From contig NC_013202.1 in NCBI RefSeq assembly GCF_000023965.1, forward strand, positions 30,001-62,000: 32,000 nucleotides of DNA. Direction: 5' to 3'. Shown piece by piece: positions 7,923-16,153 of this stretch. A model generated the notes under the pieces. That model ran no database searches, was not told the DNA's origin, and worked only from the letters and a program-made list of their open reading frames with translations. The DNA comes from Halomicrobium mukohataei DSM 12286. GTDB lineage: Archaea > Halobacteriota > Halobacteria > Halobacteriales > Haloarculaceae. The number at the start of each line of letters is the position of its first letter. Positions within the stretch are counted from its first letter, which is position 1. Made by a program: the position numbers and the translations under genes.

Positions 7923-9281
7923 CTACGGCAACTCGACTTCGAGCGCGTCCAGAATCGGTTCGAACCGCGACCGTACCTCGCCGTACTCCGTCGTCGGGTC
8001 GCTGCCCGTGACGATGCCCGCGCCGCCGTACAGCGCGAGCCGTTCGTCCCACGTCAGCCCCGCACGGATCCCGACGACGAAGGTGCCGTCGCCGTCGCCG
8101 TCGACCCAGCCGACCGGCGAGGCGTACCAGCCCCGATCGAACGGCTCGACGTCGCGGATCACGTCGCTGGCCGCGCGTCGGGGCGACCCACCGACTGCCG
8201 GCGTCGGGTGGAGACGCTCGGCCAGCGAGAGCACGCTCGTCTCGCTCGGGACCGTGGCCGTGATCGGGCGGTGGAGGTGCTGGAGGTTCGTGATGCGCTT
8301 GATCGACGGTTCGGCGACGGTCACGTCGTCGGCGACCGGGCGCAACGCGTCGGCGATCGTGTCGGCGACGATGCGGTTCTCGACCTGGTACTTCTCGTCG
8401 CCCAGCATCGCGTCGGCCAGATCGGTGTCCTCGGCGGCGGTCTCGCCCCGGTCGGTCGTCCCCGCCAGTGCCTCCGTCTGGACGTGGCCGTCCGCCAGCG
8501 CGACCAGCGTCTCGGGGGTCGCACCGAAGAACGTCCGCCCCGGCGTCGGGGAGAAACAGAACGTCGTACAGTTCGGGTACGTCTCGCGCAGGCGCGAGAG
8601 CACCGGGGCGACCGGAACGGGAGCGTCGAGGTCGACCGTGAGTTCCTGTGCGAGAACGACCTTGTCGAGTCCGTCGCTCTCGATGCGGCCGATCACGTCG
8701 TCGACGGTCCGTTCCCACTCCTCGCGGGACAGCGACCAGTGGAACGCCGTCGCCTCGGGCTCGGTACCGTCGTGGGTGCCAGCGTCGGTCAACCGGTCGG
8801 CCCAGCCGTCGAGTTGGCTCGACAGCTCGGAGTGTTCGTCTTCCGGAACCGTGACCGTCAGCCAGGTCGCGTCGTCTCCGGCGACGATCTGGGCCCGCGG
8901 CAGGACGAACGTGCCGTCGTCGAAGTCACGCCAGTGGCTCTGTGTGTCGGCGGGCACGGTGTTGCCGTCGAAGAAGGCGAACCCACCGACCGCGCGAGGG
9001 GCGGCGATCTCGGGGGCGTCAGGTCCGTCGACGGCTCCGAAAAGCTCCGTCAGGCGGTCGTCTGCGGTCTCGAATCGATCGGGGCTGTCGACCGTCACGG
9101 CGGCTGTCGCGCCGACGGCGAGCAGGTCCGGCTCCTCGGGGTGGAGCCAGCAGAATCGCCGCCGGTCGGGGACGGCACCGGCGGCAGCGAGCGGGGACAC
9201 GTCGATTCGTCGGGACGCGGAGACGTACGTTTCGGCACCGACCGAAGCCGGCTCGGTCTCGGCCGCATCCTGTCTACTCAT
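7923..9281 (-). CDS. menF: Isochorismate synthase
   Basis: Track ORF 7923..9284. Its first codon is TTG and the second is ATG at 9281. It has chorismate-binding-enzyme motifs (ALHPTPAVGG..., RGWYASPVGW, GAGIV). The TATA-like GAAATATAAG lies about 27 nt upstream of ATG 9281. Confidence 0.85.
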   Translation of the reverse strand: MSRQDAAETEPASVGAETYVSASRRIDVSPLAAAGAVPDRRRFCWLHPEEPDLLAVGATAAVTVDSPDRFETADDRLTELFGAVDGPDAPEIAAPRAVGGFAFFDGNTVPADTQSHWRDFDDGTFVLPRAQIVAGDDATWLTVTVPEDEHSELSSQLDGWADRLTDAGTHDGTEPEATAFHWSLSREEWERTVDDVIGRIESDGLDKVVLAQELTVDLDAPVPVAPVLSRLRETYPNCTTFCFSPTPGRTFFGATPETLVALADGHVQTEALAGTTDRGETAAEDTDLADAMLGDEKYQVENRIVADTIADALRPVADDVTVAEPSIKRITNLQHLHRPITATVPSETSVLSLAERLHPTPAVGGSPRRAASDVIRDVEPFDRGWYASPVGWVDGDGDGTFVVGIRAGLTWDERLALYGGAGIVTGSDPTTEYGEVRSRFEPILDALEVELP

Positions 9282-9303
9282 CAACCAAGATTAGGAGTGG
9301 CAA

Positions 9304-9313
9304 CTTATATTTC
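9304..9313 (-). promoter_or_regulatory. TATA-like box for menF (GAAATATAAG on minus strand)
   Basis: An AT-rich decamer centred about 27 nt upstream of ATG 9281. Confidence 0.35.
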
Positions 9314-9435
9314 GCTCGTTCCAGCGAAGGCCAGCGGGGGCGAGAGCGGGCACGGAACCGGTAGGCTCGTGTTAGTCGTCCGTCCGACGCGTCTCGCCGC
9401 CCGGGCGACGATCCCACGACGGCGTGCCGGCAGTG

Positions 9436-9585
9436 TCACTCCGAGTAGCCTTCCTGCAGGAACGCGCCCTCGGTCTCGTACACGGAGACGAGCTCCTCGA
9501 TGAACGCCTCGTAGGACTCGTCGTCTTCCTTGTGAGCCTCGATGCGCTCGCTGAGTTCGTCGCTGAGTTCGATCGTGTGGCTCAT
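9436..9585 (-). CDS. Small VapB-like / ribbon-helix-helix-type protein (49 aa), with no adjacent toxin
   Basis: Track ORF 9436..9636, with internal ATG 9585 giving MSHTIELSDELSERIEAHKEDDESYEAFIEELV.... It shares 13 of its first 25 residues with the VapB at 28587 (MSKSIRLSEEAYERLNAHKREDETF). Confidence 0.6.
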   Translation of the reverse strand: MSHTIELSDELSERIEAHKEDDESYEAFIEELVSVYETEGAFLQEGYSE

Positions 9586-9649
9586 ACCTGGAGCACCGCC
9601 ACCACACACGTCGGGGCCGACGATCAAATAACCCACAGTCGGTCCAGCC

Positions 9650-10717
9650 CTACTCGACGGCGTCCAGCCGGCGGAGCATGACGGAGCGCGACTGGTAGTC
9701 TTCGATGAACGACCCCTTGCCGCCGACGCTGACGATCCCGTCGCCGGTGTCGATGAAGAAGCTGTTTTCGAGCGTGAAGTCGTTGGTCGTCGGTTCGATG
9801 AACGCCTGCCTGATCTCCGTGACCGGCCCGGACACCGTCGTCCCAGACTCCGTCTCGACCTCGGCGTACAGATCGACGCCGGCCTGCTCGTGTACGGTCG
9901 CGTGCAGCGTCGCCTGCCGGAACCAGTCGTAGGTCCTGGGCAGCGGATCCGGATCGGTGACGTACAGCTCCGTCGCGGCGGGCCAGTAGGCGCTGAAGTA
10001 CATCCCGAGAATCGACCCGGACAGCTGGGGTTCCGAGACCGTCACGGCGACGTCGTCCGTGTGTGTGCCCGAGACGATCGTGGAGTCGCCGATCATCGCC
10101 GACGCGTCGTCGACCGTGTAGACCAGCGGGAGGCTCTCCCCCCAGTACCGGACCACGTCTGCGATCCCGGCGAACTCGCTGCCGTCGCCGTCGACCTCGT
10201 CCATCCCACCGATCAGGAGGAAGACGACCACGTCGCTGTCGACGGCGGTGCGCAGCTCCGATTCGATCTCCGGGAAGACGTGTTCCGGAACCGCCAACAA
10301 CAGCTCCTGTCTCGCCGCCGAGATCGCGCTCTTGATGCGTTTGAGCGCCGTCTCGCGGGACTTGATCATCTGGATCTCCGGGGTCTCCGGCGTCGTCTCG
10401 TTGAAGCGCGCTTCGAGCGCCGGCCTGATCGAGTCGAGACGGTCAGAGAGGTTCTCGATCGCCTCTGCGGGCGGAAGCGCCCGAATCGTCGTCGGAGAGG
10501 CGTGGTCGTTGACCCGCACGAGCCCCCTGCCTTCGAGTCGCTCGGCGATGTTGTACACCGCCCGCTGGGTCACGTCCGTCGTCTCGGAGACCGTACTCGT
10601 CGAGGCCTCCCCACACGCGAGCAACGCGAGGTACGTGTCGATTTCCGTATCGGAGAGTCCGAAGACGCGCAGCTCCTCTCGGAGCTGTTCGTCGTCGTGT
10701 TCGTCTGAGGTCCCCAT
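9650..10717 (-). CDS. trmB: TrmB family sugar-sensing transcriptional regulator
   Basis: 355 aa. The N-terminal wHTH (LRVFGLSDTEIDTYLALLACGEASTSTVSETTDVTQRAVYNIAERLEGRGLV) and a long C-terminal effector domain are typical of TrmB. Confidence 0.85.
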   Translation of the reverse strand: MGTSDEHDDEQLREELRVFGLSDTEIDTYLALLACGEASTSTVSETTDVTQRAVYNIAERLEGRGLVRVNDHASPTTIRALPPAEAIENLSDRLDSIRPALEARFNETTPETPEIQMIKSRETALKRIKSAISAARQELLLAVPEHVFPEIESELRTAVDSDVVVFLLIGGMDEVDGDGSEFAGIADVVRYWGESLPLVYTVDDASAMIGDSTIVSGTHTDDVAVTVSEPQLSGSILGMYFSAYWPAATELYVTDPDPLPRTYDWFRQATLHATVHEQAGVDLYAEVETESGTTVSGPVTEIRQAFIEPTTNDFTLENSFFIDTGDGIVSVGGKGSFIEDYQSRSVMLRRLDAVE

Positions 10718-10858
10718 TACCAGTGCGGTAGAACGGCTACGGCCATGTACGTGTTCATCTCGAAACCACCGCGGGTTCCGGTGAGTCCGCCGGCTCCGGG
10801 TCTGGACGGCGGCCGCGAACCCCTCGGGGCTCTCGGGAAGCAGGGACGACCGGCAGCG

Positions 10859-11311
10859 TTAGTCCATCGCGACGGTGACGTAGCCGCCGAAGTCGAGGAT
10901 GACTCGCTGCGTTCGGTCACCGAAGACGGCCTTGCCGGTCGGCGAGCGACGCTGCCCCGGCAGGAAGATGTGATCGCAGTCGGTCTCGTCTGCGAGCGTG
11001 ATGATCCGGTCTGCCTGGTTCTCGTCGGCGACCTCGACGCGAACGTCGTAGGAGATGTGCTCGCCCAGAACGTCCGCAGCGAGGTCCGAAACGTCGCTCG
11101 CGAGCCCGTCGAGGATCGTGCCCTCGTCGTAGGTGGTGTGTTCGACCTGCCCGATGGCGTCGAGCGTCTCGGCGACTTCCTCGTACTCGTCGGTCGTCAC
11201 GAGCGAGAGGACGACGAGGTCGCTGTCCGAGCCGGCGGCGAACGAACGCGCGCGATCGAGCAGTTGGCGATCACGATCGATGTCTTCGACGACGACGAGC
11301 GCATCTGACAT
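10859..11311 (-). CDS. Universal stress protein (UspA family)
   Basis: Track ORF 10859..11341. ATG 11311 (MSDALVVVEDIDRD...) is preferred. The USP fold signature is present near the C-terminus (DHIFLPGQRRSPTGKAVFGDRTQRVI). Confidence 0.75.
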   Translation of the reverse strand: MSDALVVVEDIDRDRQLLDRARSFAAGSDSDLVVLSLVTTDEYEEVAETLDAIGQVEHTTYDEGTILDGLASDVSDLAADVLGEHISYDVRVEVADENQADRIITLADETDCDHIFLPGQRRSPTGKAVFGDRTQRVILDFGGYVTVAMD

Positions 11312-11374
11312 TGTACTGGCTGTCACGTCAGCGTAGAACATTAAAACAGTGTCGCAGTGAGAGCGAGGCGGCGT

Positions 11375-11409
11375 CGCCCAGAACCGCCACGACGCCGCCC
11401 AGAACCGCC
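11375..11409. promoter_or_regulatory. Two copies of the 14-bp direct repeat CGCCCAGAACCGCC (11375..11388 and 11396..11409)
   Basis: An exact 14-mer repeated with a 21-bp period, 64-98 bp upstream of the USP start. Confidence 0.3.
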
Positions 11410-11507
11410 GATCGTTTACTATGACGAATTACTGCTGGCCGACACCACGCCGTGACGAGCGATCGCCACTGCGTGGCCAGCTGCGCGAGAGGAGCCGGCA
11501 GTAAGTA

Positions 11508-11708
11508 TCAGCCGAGCAGTTCCTCGAAGGGGTCCCAGTCGGCGTAGATACACGCCGCCGACCCGAGGAAGACGGCACCGAGCATCGCGCCGCTGAGCAC
11601 CGAGATCACGAACGTCCCCGTTCCGGGTTCGATCGTCGGCGTCGCCAGTCCGAGCAAGGCGAGCAACACCGCACTCGACACGAAAAAGCCGCGCAGGACG
11701 ATCGTCAT
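11508..11708 (-). CDS. Small two-TM membrane protein (66 aa), hypothetical
   Basis: Track ORF with an ATG start and two hydrophobic helices (VSSAVLLALLGLA, VISVLSGAMLGAVFLGSAA). GC-rich third codon positions match neighbouring genes. Confidence 0.5.
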   Translation of the reverse strand: MTIVLRGFFVSSAVLLALLGLATPTIEPGTGTFVISVLSGAMLGAVFLGSAACIYADWDPFEELLG

Positions 11709-11790
11709 CGGTAGGTACGCTCCGAGAGGGCCGCGTCGGTAATCGGGCTTTCGCTCGTCGCGTCGGTGTCGAGTGTGGTCGCACCCATGC

Positions 11791-12930
11791 TCAGTCGTTC
11801 AGTGTCGGCGACTCGGCGGCTTCGACGCCGTCGAGGGGTTCGCTCTCCCAGTACTCGTGGTCGGGATCGGTGCGGTGGCAGGCGGCACAGCGTTCGCTCG
11901 CCGTCGCCGCCTCCTCGCCAAGTTCCGGAGCCGTGGTGGTACAGACCTCCCGAGCCTCCGGACAGCGGGTGTGGAACCGACAGCCCGACGGCGGATTCAC
12001 CGGGTCCGGGATGTCGATCGAGCGGACCGGCGGATCGGTCATCTCCTGGGCGGTCGGATCCAGATCGGCGGTCGCCCAGCGCAGCACCTTCGTGTAGGGG
12101 TGCTGGGGGTCGTTCAGGACCTCGTCGGGCGGGCCGATCTCGACGATCTCCCCGAGGTACATGATGCCGATGCGTCCGCCCGCTTCCTGTGCCAGATAGC
12201 GGGCGTTCGAGAGGTTGTGACTGATGAACACGAACGAGGTGTTGAACTGCTCTTGCAGCTCCAGGAGGAGGTTCATCGTCTCGACGCGCAGCGACACGTC
12301 CAGCGCCGAGACGGCCTCGTCGGCGAGGATCACGTCCGGATTCATCAGCAGGGCCCGGACCAGCGCGATCCGCTGCTGTTCGCCCCCAGAGAGCTGGTGG
12401 GGGAACCGATGCGCGTAGTCTTCGGGCGGCTCCATGCCCACCCGGTCCAGCAGCGCGAAGATCCGCGCCCGGCGGTCCTCGGTGGACATCTCGGGGTCCC
12501 ACTTCTTCAGAGGCGCTTCCAGCGTCGTCAGGACCTTCCGGTTGGGGTTGAGCGCCGCGCCGGGGTCCTGGTGGATCATCTGAAGCGACCGACGGATGTC
12601 GTCGAAGGGGACGGTCACGTCGCCGCGGCCGTCCTTGGCGTCCCACACGTCCTGTCCCCGGTAGGAGACGGTCCCCTCGGTGGGGCGCTGGACGCCGATG
12701 ATCGTCTTGCCAAGCGTCGTCTTCCCGCAGCCAGACTCCCCGACGAGTGCGAGCACGTCGTTCTCGGAGATGTCGATCGACACGTCACTGACCGCCTGGA
12801 CGGTCTCTGGCTCGTCGAACAGCGACTCGAGGACGCCCTGTTCTTTCTCGAAGTCGACCGAGACGTTCTCCAGCGACATCACGACATCGTCGTCCCGGGT
12901 AGTGCCCGTCGTCGTGGCGCGGTCGCTCAC
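11791..12930 (-). CDS. ABC transporter ATP-binding protein (OppF/DppF-like)
   Basis: Track ORF 11791..13068. Motifs: Walker A GESGCGKTT, signature LSGGEQQR, Walker B ILADEAVSALD, and a Cys-rich Opp C-terminal extension. GTG 12930 gives a GTGA overlap with the upstream stop; an alternative ATG is at 12879. Confidence 0.85.
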   Translation of the reverse strand: MSDRATTTGTTRDDDVVMSLENVSVDFEKEQGVLESLFDEPETVQAVSDVSIDISENDVLALVGESGCGKTTLGKTIIGVQRPTEGTVSYRGQDVWDAKDGRGDVTVPFDDIRRSLQMIHQDPGAALNPNRKVLTTLEAPLKKWDPEMSTEDRRARIFALLDRVGMEPPEDYAHRFPHQLSGGEQQRIALVRALLMNPDVILADEAVSALDVSLRVETMNLLLELQEQFNTSFVFISHNLSNARYLAQEAGGRIGIMYLGEIVEIGPPDEVLNDPQHPYTKVLRWATADLDPTAQEMTDPPVRSIDIPDPVNPPSGCRFHTRCPEAREVCTTTAPELGEEAATASERCAACHRTDPDHEYWESEPLDGVEAAESPTLND

Positions 12931-13982
12931 GCGTCGGACACCTCCGAGAGGTCGAACGGAACGGCGTCCTCGGCCTCGTCGTAGTGGAAGCAGGCCGAGC
13001 GGTGGTCGTCCTCGACGTCGACCCACGGCGGCGTCTCCTCGTGACACTCCCTGGTCGCGAGCGGGCACCGCGGCGCGTAGTGACAGCCGTCGGGGACGTG
13101 GGCCGGGTTCGGCGCGGTCCCCTCGATCGGTCGCATCGAGTCGGTCGGCGCGTCGAGGTTCGGCACGGCCTGCAACAGCGCCCGCGTGTAGGGGTGTTTG
13201 GAGTCGTGGGCGATCTGCGTCGCGGTGCCGACCTCCGCGAGCTCGAAGGCATAGAGGATCGCCAGTCGGTCGGCCAGCCCCGCGACCAGCGGGAGGTCGT
13301 GGGTGATAAAGAGGATCGTCAGGTCGTACTTGGCCTTGATGTCGGCCAGCAAGGAGAGGATCGAGCGCTGCATCAGCAGGTCGAGCGCGGCCGTCGGCTC
13401 GTCCATCAAGAGGACCTGCGGTTCGAGGACCAGACTGAGTGCGATCAGCGCCCGCTGGCTCATCCCGCCAGAGAGTTCGTGGGCGTACGAGTCCAGAACG
13501 CGGTCGGGATCGAGGTACAGGTCACCGAGGAGCTGTCTGGCCCGTTCCATCCCCTCCTCCACGTCGTAGTCGTGGGCCGCCAGCGTCTCCTCGAAGTGCC
13601 CGCGGATCGACATGGTGGGGTTGAACGACGACAGCGCGCCCTGGAACACCATCGACACTTCCTCCCAGCGGAACTCCTTGAGGTCCTCGGTCGAGAGGTC
13701 GAGAACGTCGACCGGTTCGCCGCCGTCTTCGGGGTAGTAGGTCACTTCACCGGTCGTGATACCGGGTTCCTCGACGGCGTCCATCATGGCGTTTGCCAGC
13801 ATCGACTTGCCGCTGCCGGACTCGCCGACGACACCGAGAATCTCGCCCCGGCGGAGGTCGATCGACACGTCGTCCAGTACCATCGCGTCTCGGTGCTCCA
13901 GGTCGTAGGTGACACAGACGTTGCGGGCCTCGATGATCGGGTCCGCGCTGTCGGGGCCACCCTGCGTGCGTTGTTCTTGCAT
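12927..13982 (-). CDS. ABC transporter ATP-binding protein (OppD/DppD-like)
   Basis: 351 aa. Motifs: Walker A GESGSGKS, signature LSGGMSQR, Walker B LLMDEPTAALD. The ATG at 13982 abuts the upstream stop at 13983. Confidence 0.9.
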   Translation of the reverse strand: MQEQRTQGGPDSADPIIEARNVCVTYDLEHRDAMVLDDVSIDLRRGEILGVVGESGSGKSMLANAMMDAVEEPGITTGEVTYYPEDGGEPVDVLDLSTEDLKEFRWEEVSMVFQGALSSFNPTMSIRGHFEETLAAHDYDVEEGMERARQLLGDLYLDPDRVLDSYAHELSGGMSQRALIALSLVLEPQVLLMDEPTAALDLLMQRSILSLLADIKAKYDLTILFITHDLPLVAGLADRLAILYAFELAEVGTATQIAHDSKHPYTRALLQAVPNLDAPTDSMRPIEGTAPNPAHVPDGCHYAPRCPLATRECHEETPPWVDVEDDHRSACFHYDEAEDAVPFDLSEVSDA

Positions 13983-15158
13983 TCAGATCTCCCCCGTGGT
14001 CGCGTCGTCGTCCCCGTCGCTCGCGACGGTCTCGGCGTGGCGGGCACGGACCCGCGGATTGAAGATCCGGTCGGCCCCCTGGGCCAGCAGCGTCAGGCCC
14101 AGCGCGAGGATGATGATCGTCACCATCGGCACCAGCAGCCAGTGGAAGGCCGCGGGTGAGGACGTGGCACCGGCGCGGTTGACGGCGGCGTTCATCATCA
14201 CGCCCCAGTTGACGCTGGTGTAGGGCAGGACGCCGAGGAAGTACAGGCCGACGGAACCGAAGATGACGGCCCGGGCCTGCTGGACGAAGTTCATCGTAAT
14301 GTAGGGCATCAGGTTCGGAATGATGTCCCCGGAGATGATCGTCGAGGTCTCCATCCCCATGATGCGCGACGCTTCGACGTACTCGGCGTCGCGCAGGGTC
14401 AGCACCTGCGATCGGATGGCGCGTGCGAGCCCCGCCCAGGCGTTGATCGTGATCAGGATCCCGATGATCACCGGGTTCCCGTCGATCTGGAGCGCCGAGG
14501 CCAGCACGATCGTCAGGGGCAGCCCCGGAATGGTCATCATGATGTCCGTGACGATCATCAACACTCGATCGACGGTGCCGCCCTTGTAGCCCGCGATGGT
14601 GCCGAAGGCCGTCCCGAGACAGACCGTGAAGACGGCACCCGACGCGATCATCGTCAGCATCGACGGCGTCGCGTAGACGGTCTGGGAGAGCAGACTGACG
14701 CCGGACGCGGTCGTTCCCAGCGGGAACTCCAGCGTCCGGAAGGCCCCGACCAGGTAGCCGCCCTGGTTGGGCGACGGTTCGGTGACGATCGCGAGGCCGA
14801 CCGTCGCCATCAGTACGTAGAAGACGACCACGAGCGCGCCCGTGCGTGCGCGCCAGTCGCTCCAGACGATCCGGGCCGGCGCGAGGAGCTTCTCGTCGAT
14901 CCACTGTCGCCGCCGTTCGGCGTCGGTCATCGACACGTCGGCCATCTGCTGGAACTCCGAGACCGACGAGGAGCCCCCGTCGGCCGCGACGCGGCCGTTG
15001 CGGGCGTGGCCCGAGATCGGAGCACGACCGGGGTCGCGGCCCTCGTCGGTGAACCGCTCGGGGGTGCCAAGCGCGTCGCCGACGGCCTCGAAGTCGGCGT
15101 CCGACCCGGGTGTCTCGCCGGAATCGTCGTCGCGATCAGTACGACTCACGAGAGCCAC
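13983..15158 (-). CDS. ABC transporter permease (OppC/DppC-like) with acidic N-terminal extension
   Basis: Track ORF of 391 aa with a BPD-transporter core (ASRIMGMETSTIISGDIIPN). The start is uncertain: GTG 15158, GTG 15149 or ATG 14945. The extension has coding-like GC3. Confidence 0.8.
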   Translation of the reverse strand: MALVSRTDRDDDSGETPGSDADFEAVGDALGTPERFTDEGRDPGRAPISGHARNGRVAADGGSSSVSEFQQMADVSMTDAERRRQWIDEKLLAPARIVWSDWRARTGALVVVFYVLMATVGLAIVTEPSPNQGGYLVGAFRTLEFPLGTTASGVSLLSQTVYATPSMLTMIASGAVFTVCLGTAFGTIAGYKGGTVDRVLMIVTDIMMTIPGLPLTIVLASALQIDGNPVIIGILITINAWAGLARAIRSQVLTLRDAEYVEASRIMGMETSTIISGDIIPNLMPYITMNFVQQARAVIFGSVGLYFLGVLPYTSVNWGVMMNAAVNRAGATSSPAAFHWLLVPMVTIIILALGLTLLAQGADRIFNPRVRARHAETVASDGDDDATTGEI

Positions 15159-16146
15159 CTCCCTTGGCCCGCGGATCGAGCACGCCGTAGGTCAGGTCGG
15201 CGACGGTGATGCCGATGACCATCGCGATCGTGATGATGATGAACCCGCCCATCATCAGCGGGTAGTCCCGCGCGTTGATCCCCTGGATGAGGTAGAACCC
15301 GACGCCGGGGTACGCGAAGATGTTCTCGATGATCACCGCGCCGCCGAAGACGGTGCCGATGGCGATCATCAGCCCGGTGTACATCGGCAGGATGGCGTTG
15401 CGGGCGACGTAGCGCATCGCGATCCGCCGGGTCGAGAGCCCGCGCAGGCGCGCGACCCGGAGGTAGTCCTCCCCGAGCACGCGGATCGAGTTGCCCCGCA
15501 TCGACAGTGCCCACCCGCCGAACCCGACCAGCGCCATCGAGGCGATCGGCAGGGCACCGTGATAGAGCACGCTGCCAAGGAACGAGGCGTTGAAGCCGAC
15601 GGTTAGCTCCGAGGCGTACCGCCCACCCGTCGGGAACAGCTCCATCCGGTAGCCCAGATAGGAGATGAACAACAGGGCGAGGACGTAGCCCGGCGTCGAG
15701 TTCAGCACGAGCCCGACGCCCGTACTGGCCACGTCGAAGCTCGACCCCTCCTTGTAGGCCATGAACGCGCCCAGCGAGACGCCGACGGTAAAGGCCAGAA
15801 ACAGCGCCGTCGCCGTCAGGAACACCGTCCACGGGATGGCCGGCCCGATGATCGACATCACGGGATCGCCGTAGCGCGTCGAGACGCCGAAGTCGCCCTG
15901 CAACATCGCGGCCATGTAGTCGGCGTACTGGACGTAGATGGGCTCGTTCACGGCGATGTTGGTCTGGGCCGCGATGCGAGCGTTGATCTCGGACATCGAG
16001 AGGTCGCTCCCGCCCTGCTGGACGGCCTGGGCCCGCAGGTAATCGAGCGGTCCGCCCGGCAGCAGTCGGACCAGTCCGAAGCTGGCCGAGATCACCACGT
16101 AGACGGTGAGCACCGATTGCGCGATGCGTTTCAGTACGTAGCTCAT
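15136..16146 (-). CDS. ABC transporter permease (OppB/DppB-like)
   Basis: Internal ATG 16146 of track ORF 15136..16380 gives MSYVLKRIAQSVLTVYVVISASFGLVRLLPGGP, the canonical OppB N-terminus. The upstream part of the track ORF overlaps the SBP gene. Confidence 0.85.
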   Translation of the reverse strand: MSYVLKRIAQSVLTVYVVISASFGLVRLLPGGPLDYLRAQAVQQGGSDLSMSEINARIAAQTNIAVNEPIYVQYADYMAAMLQGDFGVSTRYGDPVMSIIGPAIPWTVFLTATALFLAFTVGVSLGAFMAYKEGSSFDVASTGVGLVLNSTPGYVLALLFISYLGYRMELFPTGGRYASELTVGFNASFLGSVLYHGALPIASMALVGFGGWALSMRGNSIRVLGEDYLRVARLRGLSTRRIAMRYVARNAILPMYTGLMIAIGTVFGGAVIIENIFAYPGVGFYLIQGINARDYPLMMGGFIIITIAMVIGITVADLTYGVLDPRAKGGGSRESY

Positions 16147-16153
16147 GGCTCTC

